Assembly: GCA_000320545.1 (NCBI GenBank)
Contig: ADNK01000772.1
Location: forward strand, 62,001-126,000
Direction: 5' to 3'
DNA from: Bigelowiella natans CCMP2755
Taxonomy: Eukaryota > Protista > Cercozoa
DNA: 64,000 nucleotides
The position numbers and the translations under genes are program-made. The notes beneath the pieces were generated by a model. It made no database searches. It was given only the letters and a program-made list of their open reading frames with translations, and was not told the origin of the DNA. Of this stretch, positions 52,307 through 64,000 are shown piece after piece (position 1 is the stretch's first letter; every line of letters begins with the position of its first letter).

Positions 52307-53477
52307 GATACGGTGCTCCAGATGCGTCCAACGAGGACGTAGAGCGAGTAACGGAGAAGGTTCAGCTCTCAGAAGACATCAAAGCGATGGATGGAGGCTA
52401 TGAAACGGTGGTAGGGGACCGAGGCTCAAGGCTATCAGGAGGACAGCGACAGAGAGCTGGGCTAGGACGTGCACTGTTGAAGAATCCTGATATTTTAATA
52501 TGTGATGAAGTTACTGGTGCTTTGGACGTAGGTAATCAGTAGAAGGAGTAGTAGTGGTAGTAGATTGTGGTAGTAGTAGTAGTAGTTGTTGTTGTTGTTG
52601 TTGTTGCTGCTGCTTTGGACGTAGGTAATAAGTAGTAGGAGGAGTAGCGGTAGTATATTGTGGTGGTGGTAGTGGTAGTGGTAGTAGTAGTAGGAGGAGG
52701 AGTAGTAGTGGTGGCAGAGCAGCGAATCAAAAAGTCTAATGTCAGAAGAGAAGAAACCAAAAAGAGATGGTAGTAATGAGCCATCGATTTCATTTACTGC
52801 TATCATGCCCGCACGATGTTTGTGCGATGAATTTTAGGCACGGAATCCCGTGTGATGCAGTCGCTCTATGAGATGAGGAAAGGAAGGACGACCGTGGTCA
52901 TCGCTCATAGACTCGCAACTGTTAAGGAGGCTGATGAGATCATTGTGATGAAGGCTGGCAAGATCGCCGAGAGAGGTTGGTGAGGGCGTGCTGTCATCGG
53001 ATGGGGAGGGGAGGATTCCGATGATGACGAATTGGTGATAGTGTGCAGCAACTGTTGTTATTTCAAAAAACCTTCTCCTTCTCCTTTCTTCTCCTTCTTC
53101 TTCTTCTTCTTCTTCTTCTTCGGTCTCTAGGTTCTCACCTCGAGTTGACGAGTCGTCCAGATTCACTGTACAGCGCGATGTGGAAGCAACAACTGCAGGA
53201 AGGAGGCTCCGAGCACACGCATGATCATCATCATCACCACCACCACCATCACTACCACCACCACCACCATGACGAACACGAGGAAGATCATCTCCAACAA
53301 GAAATCTCTTCGTGGGGGGGGGGGGGCATAATCATTGTGGATGTGGTCATGGCCATTGATGTTCCGAATAGTGTTACAATAGCTTTACTCCTCTACATAC
53401 ACGAGTATAGCTGCAAGATGGAGACACAGATGATACATTATTTTGAGGACGAGGGAGAACTACAAAGAAGAAAGTAG
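48909..53477 (+). CDS. ABCB half-transporter, ATM1/ABCB7/HMT1-like, with a bipartite leader and His-rich N- and C-terminal segments
   Basis: TMD: [47 protein letters not shown]|[24 protein letters not shown]|[22 protein letters not shown]: [52 protein letters not shown]|SHLEL...YSAMWKQQ. The exact stop is uncertain. Confidence 0.9.
52518..52700 (+). repeat. ~93-bp imperfect tandem duplication containing the exon end and 5' splice site (GCTTTGGAC|GTAGGTAAT)
   Basis: TGCTTTGGACGTAGGTAAT occurs at 52518 and 52611, each followed by similar GTA/GTG-rich sequence. Confidence 0.85.
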
Positions 53478-54334
53478 TATTATATCTGCATGATGATAAC
53501 ATTACAAGTCATTGAAGTAGCATACCACACAATGCTACCAGCTAATCGTGGCCTAAATCCACAGCGAAATGATGTGGCTAACTATTTCCGTATAGCGCCG
53601 TATGTACATTGAATAACACACACACACACACACACACTAGACACTGACTAGTGATAATACATATGCTTAAATGGGCCTAACTACTAATCGTGAATTATGT
53701 TTATCATTTACAACGCTAGCTACAATCACATCGTATCATTATGCACCCTTCTCATTATTACAGCACATGTTGTTCTGCTTGCATTAGCCACCTGCCGCGT
53801 GCCTATTCACCGCGGTACTTGGCCCAGTTGTTTTTTAATTCATGATTCATTCATTATACAGCGCTAGTAGTACAAAAGCAAAAATGCGTCAGCACACGTA
53901 AACGCTAGCACGTGCGTGAACATGTTTTTTGAAGCTAGCTAGCTAGCAGCACTTATTGTATGGGCGCATTGTGTTTGCGTACGCTTCCATGTTTTTAGTA
54001 ACTCAATTCGGGCATGGATTACTACTAGTACCGCTGCGACTGCTATTGCTACTATTACTACTACTTTGATGGCAACTACAGCATTACACTCACAGTGATG
54101 AAACAGGTGCATAACAAGTGTGCTAATAGCCCGCAGGATGATGACTGGATGTGGCGAATGGCGGGCACATCTGTACATTTTTCGGGCCCGAATCCTCCTT
54201 GCAGATGAACATGATGGAAATCAATTCTGGCTCCACGCGCTCGAATTACGACGACAAGGAAGAATCCAATAAGCGCCGTTCAGTTGAGGAGAATAGTAAG
54301 AGGCACCGACGACTACGACTGCCTACCTGTCCTA

Positions 54335-54733
54335 TTATTCGTCGTTAAGCTGTATTTCCATCTTTTCAATCCCCCCGTCGAGCATGATTCGGTTCAAATC
54401 GCCCAAATCATCGCCTACCATGATTACGAAAAAATGGTACACCAAAAATAATATGTGCTGGTGGTTAGAATATGATGCCACTCAAAAACAAACAAGCAGC
54501 TTTTGTTCGCCAGTACAGCAGCAGCGCCGAAGCATCGTAGCTTCTAATTGTTTCGTGATAGTCCCCGTCACTATGCCCATGGCTGTTGTTGTTGTTGTTG
54601 TTGCTATCGTCTCTTACTCATTATTACCAAACTTCTGATCATCGACGGCGCCTTGATCATCAATAGAATACGTGATGCCGCTGTCGTCATCGTCATCATA
54701 CGCCACGTTCCAGTAAGTTGTTATCTGACGCGC

Positions 54734-54769
<36 letters not shown>

Positions 54770-55575
54770 GTTAAGTGCCTATGAAGTTTACAAGAAACTA
54801 GTAGTGGTGGTGGTGGTGGTGATGAAGTAGTAGTAGTAGTAGAAGAAGAAGAAGAAGAAGAAGAAGAAGAAGAAGAAAGAGAAGGAGGTTTCAAGCAGAT
54901 GTCACCACTACCTCTCGATCTTGCGCTGCGCGTTGTTTTTCAGCATCTAAAGAGAGAACGCTGATGACGCATGTTATCATTCCGAGGGCAAAGCACACGC
55001 CCTTGAGAATGCTTAAACGAGCCCAAAGCTGGTAGAGCGACATTCCTAGCACATGAATCACAGCAGTCATCATCATCGTCATCATCATCTTCTTCTTCCT
55101 AATACTACAAGTACTCGCTACTACTACTACAACTACTACCTGAGACTACGACGAGGAGGGTGCGTGCTACTGTGTAGACAGGGACCACCTGATAAAGTAA
55201 AATAAGTAAAAATATCAATACACAGAACCACCTGATAAAATAAATAAATGAAAATATCAATACACATATACATATATGTTATAGGCGTGTTAGGTATATG
55301 AGCATGCGTATATCATCAACTTCCCCCTCCTGCAACAAGATTCCATGGTGAACATTGAGACGTTTTTAAGTAACAACAACAACAACAACAACAACAACAA
55401 CTGTTTCCCTTCCTTCTCTCTCTTACCGTGAGCGAGTCATGACGCCGCAGCCCCTCATTGAGCGACGTAATCGTTAGTATTTGGAATAAACCCCACCTGT
55501 ACCGACGAGAACGCCCCACCGTGAGTACTCATACACACTTCTTATCGTTACTACCATTATTATTATAATTATCAT

Positions 55576-55607
<32 letters not shown>

Positions 55608-56376
55608 GAAGACTCACAAATATGAGGATAGAGACAACGAAAACGACAACAAATGCGCCAAGCCCAGGGTATTCCACGTATCATCGCCTTTAAACGATAG
55701 CTGTGATAACAAAGCTACCAACCTACCCCATCAAATATCCGTAAGGTCCAAAGTGCTCAAACTCGTCGGAATTGGATGGCGACGTGATTGTAGTCTGCAC
55801 TATCAGCAGTACCACTGTGGACAAGAAGATAATAAATATAAGAGAACTCATCGCTCTCATCAGCGAAAATGCATAAAAACACAGCATCAGTCGTCAACCA
55901 GCCACCTTTGGAAAGCGTAATGGTGAGAGAGGCCATGCACGCACTGTAGATCGATCGGCGCCATTGCAGTATGAACAGAAGGGGGGGGGGGTCAGAAAGA
56001 GGAGGAAGACCAGATAAGGTTATAGATGATGAAAAGGAAAGCTCATTCCGCACATGCTACGTCCACTCCGATTCATAGCAAATACGACGAGACCAAAGAA
56101 ATAGTATCAAGTGTGATAACAAAAATCATGAGAAGAAGAAGAAGAAAAAGAAGAAGAAGAAGAAGAGAAGAAAAGGCGCCGGTAAGAACGCAATAATAAC
56201 ATGTTACTACTTATAATACCACCTCATTAGGCCGAACATGATGCCAGGAGTATTGGATCTAAGATGCGACAGAGGGAAGAACAAAATACAAAAGAGGGAG
56301 GAGGACGACGAGGAGGAGGCAGCTCATGTATGTTCCCAAGCACATCATATCTTCACTCTATTTTCCACCAGAGACA

Positions 56377-56407
<31 letters not shown>

Positions 56408-57567
56408 TATTGCTCATCTGATCATTCGCAACATCAGCACTACAACCACCACTGCAAGCAGCAGCCTATTATTATTATTATTATTGTTATTATTATTTAT
56501 TATGATCATCATTATCATAATTACACCTGCCATAGCCTGTCAGGGAGGGATAGTAGCTGCTCGCAACGATATACAGCAAAGATACGAAAGCGCAACCAAT
56601 CTGATAGGTTTGACCATATACGAGTAGAAAGAGAAGGGAGAGCGGGATATGATACTACAATGATGAGCATGATATAATGTGTGTGTGTGTGTGTGTGTGT
56701 GTGTTGCAATTCGTAATTCATGATTCTCTCTTTGTCTTGTGTCATCATCATCATCATCATCCTCATGATGCCGCTGCTATTCACACGTGGTAGTATATCC
56801 CTCTCACCTGGAATGAGAACGCCAAAACAAACCTGATAAGGACAAGTGAGTAAGTGCGGCAGCGGGGGGATATATCGACGACTCAATAGCAGGTTATGCT
56901 TGATGGATGTTGTGAGACAACGAGCGATCATCAGGATCTTGTGCATGTTGTATCCCATCATCATCATCATCATCTTCTTCTTCTTCTTCTTCTCTCTCAC
57001 CCTATTTGTGTGATGAGTTGGCTAAGATGACCCACGTCATAAACTTGATTGGAGTCCAAGCTGCCATTAATACGGAGGGGGGGGGGAGGGGGAGAAGGAG
57101 GATATCGTACATAATGATGATGAAGTTGAGTCATTTGGTCGCTGTGTGCGTTGATCTTGCTCAACCACACCATTCGATGATACTATTGACGATTTTCCAT
57201 CCTAGGGTCGGTTATTAATTAATGGCAAAACAACACTCTATCACCTCGGGGCCGAGATGAGGACAACGACCGTGCCCATCACCATGCAGGCAGTCCTTGG
57301 ACAAACGTCGTGGGTCGCAAGAAGAAGAAAGAAGGAGTAGTAGAAGTAGTAGTAGAATATAGCAGAAGTAGCATAGTGAGCGATCATCCTCACGATACTC
57401 AACTTGAGGAACAGAAGAAGCTATAGAAGGAGAAGGGTGACAACGATGATGAGTGCTATAATAAGAATAAGAACAAGAATAATAATAATAATATAATAAT
57501 AAAAATAATAATAGAGGAGAAGACGAGGAGGACAACTCTTCAGAGATGGGAGAGAGAATTCCTTCTC

Positions 57568-57615
<48 letters not shown>

Positions 57616-59405
57616 TGTGTGCGCGTGTATGTATGTATGTATGTGTGGGACCCCATCAGGTCGCTTCTCGTGAACTTTTCGTTGAATAGAACATATGCGG
57701 AGAGCTTTGATGATACAGCATTGGACAAACGTTGGCAACGACAACGACGATGACGATGTAGGCAAGAATACGAAATCATGATTCTCGATTGGTAAGTAAG
57801 CACATGAATGCATAAGCAACAATCAATGGACGAGGGGAGGAGCTGGCAGCGACAAAGACGGAAGGAGAGAGAGAGGTACTACGAGAATCGGTGAGTGTTC
57901 CATCATCATCATCATCATCATCATCGTCATCGTCGTCTTCGCTGTGACATGATGGAATTTGTTGTATGCATTTGTATGCATTTGTACGTATTGTTGTTGT
58001 ATTACATCTTTTTACACGTCGAAACATGGGTGTTTTGTGGTTGTGTGTGTGTGTGTGCTTGATTTCAACTTTTGGAGAGCAAAAGCACAATATACATGAT
58101 ACTAGTTAATATTACCGCATTGGCTACAAATGCGAAGTTGGAAGCAGTTGCCATAACCTTAGTGGGTGAGGAAGAATGACGAGGATGATGAGGAGGAGGA
58201 GGAGGAAGGAGAGGGTGGTGGTGGTGATGGGATTTGGGGAACAAAACCGGTATAGATGATGACACCCCAGCTTGTCATTATTGCTACTACTACTTCTACA
58301 ACTACTAGCACTAGCACTAGTACTACCGTCTGCGTGCAAAAGTAGAGAGCCAACGATTCGAGAAGCTGACCAACTACGAACACCTTTAGTAGTATATGTC
58401 ATCAAGGATGGAGATGGAAATGGAGATGGAGATGGAGGGAGAGGGAGAGGGGGAGGAGGAGAGGGAGAAACATGTGCTGCTGCTGCTGCCGGTGGTGGTG
58501 GTGGCGGTGATGACGTTGCAACCTCATCATCATTTTCACACTTGTCATTCTCAAAACATAGTAGCGTGGTAATCATCATCAGGTGAATGAATGTAAGGTT
58601 TAAAATACTAGGTGTTATGTGTTGTTGTTACCAGGAAGGCGCCCCACCAGCAACCTTTACCCGAAGCACAGGGTAAAGACTTCCACACCTCTGTTAGTTC
58701 CTGCATGAAGGGGGGGGGGCAGAAAGAATGGTGGAATTGTTGTTACAATGAAGCTGCAATAGAGAGGAGGTGACTGAGAGTTGTAGGAGGCAGAGGCAAC
58801 ACTATTCAAGGACTTGCATCTGCCTATCAATCGGTACATTTGAATGAGGTGGATCGCTGCCAGATGAGGGAGCTGCCATCTCGCCTTCTTCCGTGTTTCT
58901 CTAATAGGACAAGCATGCTTTTATTTCAATGAAGAAGAAATTGTGTTGCGGAAGTGGTGAAAGCTAACCTGTGAAGAAGATGTTGCGGGCGACGACGAGA
59001 GTTTCATCAGATTCAATCCTGAGAAAAACAACGAACATGACACTCCTTTCAGACTACAGCTTCCACTTCACCCCAAGCAAGTCTAGCAGCAGCGTAGGTA
59101 ACGACAACAACTCAAGAACATGATGTTCGATGATCGGCAGTCAGCAATTATTCACACATATCAGCTCCATACGAAGAGAAGCATCATCATCTATGTATTT
59201 ATTTATGAATTGGTCCATGAACCAGTCAAAAAGGCAACTCGACTGTTCGTTGTTGGCATCAATGTCTATTACTACTACAACTACTACAACTACCACTACT
59301 GCTACTGCTACTACTACTGCTACTACTACTACTACTACTACCTAGTGTAGTAACGGAGGTGCCTAGGAGCTCAATGAGAACCCCTATCGCTTGATTGGGA
59401 TCCAT
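54335..59405 (-). CDS. NIPA-family (DMT superfamily) magnesium transporter
   Basis: In-frame exons: MDPNQAIGVLIELLGTSVTTL|GLNLMKLS...WWGAFL|VFVVGQLLESLALYFCTQT|VMATASNFAFVANA|LSAYVLFNEKFTRSDLMG|TACMVMGTVVVLISAP...SACMASLTITLSK...FEHFGPYGYLMG|WGLFQILTITSLNEGLRRHDSLT|VVPVYTVARTLLVVVS|GMSLY...QLNDE*. These match NIPA motifs (GxNLxK, WWxG, LNxxL...VVPVY). Confidence 0.88.
55184..55267 (-). repeat. 43-bp tandem duplication spanning a 3' splice site (TTATCAG|GTGGT)
   Basis: ACCACCTGATAAA...AAAATATCAATACACA occurs at 55184 and 55227. Confidence 0.9.
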
Positions 59406-59726
59406 CGGTCGTCCTGGGAGGGGGAAGGGGAGGAGGGGGGACCCTCTCCAGGGATACTGCTGGTGGTGCTGGTGGTTCTGGACAAGGTGGATCTCCTCCT
59501 TGTCCTCCTCCTCCTCCTCCTCCTCCTCCTCCTCCTCCTCCTCCTACTGGGTGTAGGGTAGAGGAATAACTCTTCTGCTCGCACAGGGGCTTACAATCCC
59601 GATGACGAAGACAGGAGGGTAAGACCTACCGAAGCATTTCTCAGACCGGACTTAAAAAATGCCCAGTTTATATAATGTACGACAACCTTATTTTACTGTT
59701 TATCACCAAAATAGCCTTGTTTTGTC

Positions 59727-60364
59727 ATGCCGGGAAAATATCTGAGCAGAGCCTCTCGGCACATCTCGATGGAGCAGGACATACTGCGTGGAAGGAGGGA
59801 GGCCACGGCCGATGATGCTGATGACTGTGGCCGTCGCATCGTCTGCTTCGCCATCTGTCTCTACCTCAACGGTCGCACCTTGGCTGTGAAGAGGGATCAT
59901 CATCATCATCATCATCATTATCATCATCTTCTTCTTCTTGGCCAACTGGGGAGCGTCTTGTAGTCTCTCTGGTGCTATTCTCATGAAGGCTGCTTTAACG
60001 GAGGCCTTGAATAAACAAGCAACGGGTCATTAAAGTTGCACATATGCATTAAGTAGTACATGGGGAAGTATCTCGCGCCAGAAATTGACGACCCCTCCAT
60101 CTGTAGGCAAGGTAAGAACAATCATTTTGATGTTGTAATGCTTATTTGAAAGAAGAAGAAAAAGATGGTGGAGATGGTTGAGAATGATAGGCAGTGATGA
60201 TTGGTTTTCCCATTCGGAACCCTAAAAATGACTCAGTCGTTTTGAGGACTACTTTTCTTCCGCCGTTTCTGAGCCTATTACGTTAACAACTCTTCCTCCA
60301 TCTCCAAGAGGACCACCAACACCCGATCCTATCCTGTCCTATACAGGGAAACACATGATGCATC

Positions 60365-60402
<38 letters not shown>

Positions 60403-60800
60403 CAAATTTTCGGACTTGCTTCTCTTCTCATTCATCGGGAAATTTTGCAGGCCTGGCTCGTCGAGCAGGGGTCGTTATTATGATGCCACAAAGCAGCAAG
60501 GTCTGCATCTTCAATCAATGTAATAATGTTGGCACACTCATTTGACCATCTCAAAGCGCACAAATAGCCCCACAAACACACAATTACTCCTACACGTGCT
60601 GATATTTCTGTCTAATTCGTAGCACGTGGTAGGGCAACATCTTCTCCTTCCTGCTGTGTTACTACTATGGTGAGTCGATCAGAGGAAGAATGGATGGTGA
60701 CTAAGCTATATACCAACATTTCACGTATAGCTGAAAGTAGAAATGCCAAAGGAGGGTATTATAGAGACAAAAGTTATCTATGTGATATCATATCTCTAGA
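59727..60800 (+). CDS. Probable small multi-exon hypothetical gene; reading frame unresolved
   Basis: ATG ORF at 59727, plus strong plus-strand donors GTAAGA (60112) and GTGAGT (60670) and acceptors such as TTTTGCAG (60450). It would be divergent from NIPA. Confidence 0.35.
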
Positions 60801-61963
60801 GGATGCTAGACTTTCCTCATGTCAAAGTTTCATCATCACACGCGGCATCATTGCACAAATTACTATTTGTTGGGGGGGGAATTAACAATTTGTACACTTG
60901 GCGCTTTATATCGGTTAGTGTTGTGATCGTCAGTTGTTTCGCGCTGCTGCCTGAGCATGTGTGTGCAGTGCGCATCTGAGGTGTACATGCATGCAACTAC
61001 ATTATTTGTGCTCCAGCATATAGCACAACGACGCATCGTTGCATGCTAGCATGTAAGTATATGTGTACACAAAGCCCTATCATTTGGCACATGTGTAGCT
61101 ATAGGTACATGTGAAGTAGGTGATACACATGTCGTAGACGGCTTACACGTATAGGGACATAAATGTCCATATAGTGCATACATATTGTGACAATATCAGA
61201 GATATTGCATGCAGCTTTGCACAGCTACGTTAGGAGGATGATTATGATATTTGTTAACTGATGAAACTCATTACATCCGTCTCATGCAAATGATTTGATG
61301 AGCGTTGCATCGTGACATGATGAGTGATTGCACTGTGGTGCTGTCTAGCTGTGGGCATTATTGCAACGTAGATTGTGAATTTCTAGACTCATTGCTAGAT
61401 GACGTACCTGTGCAGTTCGTTTGTTGAAATTTTGTGAATGCAAGCGCAAGTGCAATGAACATCACTTGCATTGTCGTGCATGTGGATGTGCATGCGCACA
61501 CGTGCAATTACACGTGTGCTGCTGCCTTGCACAAATTGTTTTGTTCAGTCGTTGCCACAAGCTGCACGTGCACGTAGTTGCTGACGGACAACTTGTCAAC
61601 GAAGCGTAGCCATGGCAGATGCTTGAGCTACACGACGCACAATTTGACAGACGGACACAATGAAATGATCACAATTTCATGAAATCCTCATCCTAACGAA
61701 GCTTAGCAAAGCGGCGGATGGATGCAGCGCTAAGACACTACATGCTACATGCGAAGAAATGTTGGGACTATAAGCATGCTGCAGCGGTGTGACTATGAGC
61801 ATCGACACAGATGCCAATTGATGCATAGCTGTGTGTGTAGCTAGCATTATGTGCATGCATGCATGCACACAGCTATATATATAAGACGAATGTAATGAAG
61901 TGATAAAAAATTTCAACTGTCATCCTTATGTAGCTGTGCAATGCTATGGCTAGGGATTATGTT

Positions 61964-61996
61964 GTATCTATTTAATTCCATTATGAAGTCTTTCAT

Positions 61997-62038
<42 letters not shown>

Positions 62039-62070
62039 CGTATCTATTTATTTCCATTATGAAGTCTTTC

Positions 62071-62107
<37 letters not shown>
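61964..62107. repeat. ~76-bp AT-rich tandem duplication with (TA)n tails
   Basis: TATCTATTTAwTTCCATTATGAAGTCTTT(T)CATTATATA...(TA)n occurs twice. Confidence 0.85.
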
Positions 62108-62238
62108 CTACGACAATCGTGCAGGTAAAGTATGCTTCAAACGTAAACTAATTCCTAGATATCTTTCGCCTTTCGTAATGCACAAAATTGCATCAGTCGA
62201 AGTGATGTTGTATGTATTCTGCTCCCCACTAATCTGGA

Positions 62239-62803
62239 TTATCGTCCTGCGTATCGAGATTGCTTTGTTGCTTGTATAAACTTGACCCCTTTTTCCAAGA
62301 ACAAACAATCACATTCAAATCAAATACATTTAGGTGTTTCCTTTTTCGCGTATCAATACTCAAAACCGAATTAAAAAATTTTCCCTCCGCAATGTATCAG
62401 TTACTTTTTGAACTATTTGCCCTCTCGACAAGTTCCTTCTATAGAAAGCTATGATAATCAAACGACGATGCGTTGTTCGGGGAGGGAGGAAGGGAGATCC
62501 CTTGGCGGAAAAAAAGCGGTTATTATTCATCCGTCAGCATGCCGCAGATATTTTGTCTATCTCGTAATACTACTCTTCACTGTATGATACTACTTCTCCT
62601 CCTACTATTACTACTATTACTACTACTACTACTACTACTTACTACTACTGCTACTACCATTCGAGAGAGCTGTCGCGTGATCAGGTTGATGGGGTCCCTG
62701 GCTTGTTTCTTTTGTGTCGCAGCAGCAGGGGTACCGGGTTTGCTACCTCCTGTTGAAGACTTTTCCTCAATATTCGTAATCTGTACCTGCACCTCCTGAT
62801 CAC

Positions 62804-62841
<38 letters not shown>

Positions 62842-63207
62842 CCTGCAAATGATTCAGGAAAACATGGAAATGCATGAGACGCACAAAACGGACACATCCT
62901 CATATCATCGTATACTCTTCAATGCAAAAAAGGATTATGAATAGTCTCGAGGCGTCATCCTTCCTCCGGGGTGGATCGAAGGAACCAACCATAGCAAGAA
63001 GAGAGAGGGTGACTATGTGCGAGCAGGTTGTGTCAGATTCCCCCCCAACCCTCCGCCCTCCCCCCTTTGGACACCATCAAAAGTATGTAGAATCCTCTCA
63101 ATACAGTAATTAATGTGTGTTTGTGTGTGTGTGTGTGTAGGCATGTGTAACCTGTGTTTGTGGAATTATATAATTATGAGAAGGACGGGGGGGGAGGAGG
63201 AGAGAAA

Positions 63208-63306
<99 letters not shown>

Positions 63307-63849
63307 TGGATGGGGAAAGCTCCAAATCAAAGACGACCAGACGCTTTCGATATGGTTGGATAAAAGAAGCACTTTTTCATCTTGTTACCTTGTGGAGATG
63401 CACGAATAACACTAGCGCTAGCACCAGCGAACATATCACAGCAGCTACAGATGCTATCATAGCAGCAACCGATGCTCTCACAGCAGCAGCTAAATTCGAA
63501 GCCGCTTGCGGCGAATATTAGGAAAGTTGAAACCTGCATATGATAGTATAGCAGTATACACCAGAAAGGTAAATCGGGTATAATAATGAGGACAACGCGC
63601 TCACAGTTGCAAATACTGATTAAAAGGTGGTCAAAGGCAAATGCAGTCGGTGTGTTTTTGCTTGTAGTTAAATCACGATTTGTAGGAGACGCTGCACCGC
63701 AACGAGATGACCTATAATATAGTAGCACTCTAGCTGATGATGGATGAAAAATACTTACCGACGCTACGATTGCGTGCACAGCTATGATATAAGGCATGCA
63801 ATGCCATGGCTCAGGGCTTATTTGAACAATTTCATCTGATAGGAATATC

Positions 63850-63888
<39 letters not shown>

Positions 63889-64000
63889 TTGTGTGTGGGG
63901 TGAATACATAATATACATAATGGGAGAAGCGCAAGAAACTTTTCCTTTATCAGTACACTCGCATTTCCAACGTGAGGTGTGCTCCTCGAAAGTACTGTAA
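62239..64000 (-). CDS. 3' part of a hypothetical membrane protein with a Cys-cluster tail; the gene continues beyond the window
   Basis: GT-AG exons AVHAIVAS|VSTFLIFAASGFEFSCCCESIGCCYDSICSCCDMF...; ...poly-Q SDQEVQ...LSRM|KELVERANSSK|RVKFIQ...*. Confidence 0.5.

Noticed and set aside
56055-56110. Apparent NIPA exon (YYFFGLVVFAMNR) needing a non-canonical TG acceptor
   Set aside because: The flanking exons join in frame without it (PGIMFGLMS|ACMASLT), so it is intronic.
59703-59984. Minus-strand 93-aa ORF as a separate gene upstream of NIPA
   Set aside because: Stronger splice signals lie on the plus strand, and the ORF includes a poly-Met microsatellite translation.

Overview
This is a gene-dense, intron-rich eukaryotic nuclear window with no prokaryotic features. 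Bipartite signal-plus-transit-like leaders and microsatellite-filled introns are consistent with a secondary-plastid protist such as a chlorarachniophyte (inference only). Most six-frame ORFs are microsatellite artefacts, so I rebuilt genes by hand from GT-AG exons. In order they are: GNAT acetyltransferase (+), NIF/CTDSP-type HAD phosphatase (-), hypothetical gene (+), putative plastid protein with Trp repeats (-), ABCC/MRP transporter lacking half of TMD2 (+), Cys-rich repeat membrane protein (-), TCEANC2 (-), initiator tRNA-Met (+), PEX2 (+), UIM+RING-CH E3 ligase (-), hypothetical gene (+), 7TM GPCR-like protein (-), His-rich ATM1/HMT1-like ABCB half-transporter (+), NIPA Mg transporter (-), and two further hypothetical genes. 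The strongest unexplained signals are non-genic. (1) An island of about 780 bp contains a single TpA dinucleotide while keeping CpG, which suggests a targeted TpA->TpG/CpA mutator. (2) Blocks of 0.4-1 kb rich in TGCA/CATG/CTAG/GTAC palindromes recur just downstream of gene 3' ends, mostly at convergent junctions. (3) Microsatellites grow directly out of splice sites, and tandem duplications of splice sites resemble intron-gain intermediates. Exon coordinates come from manual reading, and some gene ends are approximate.
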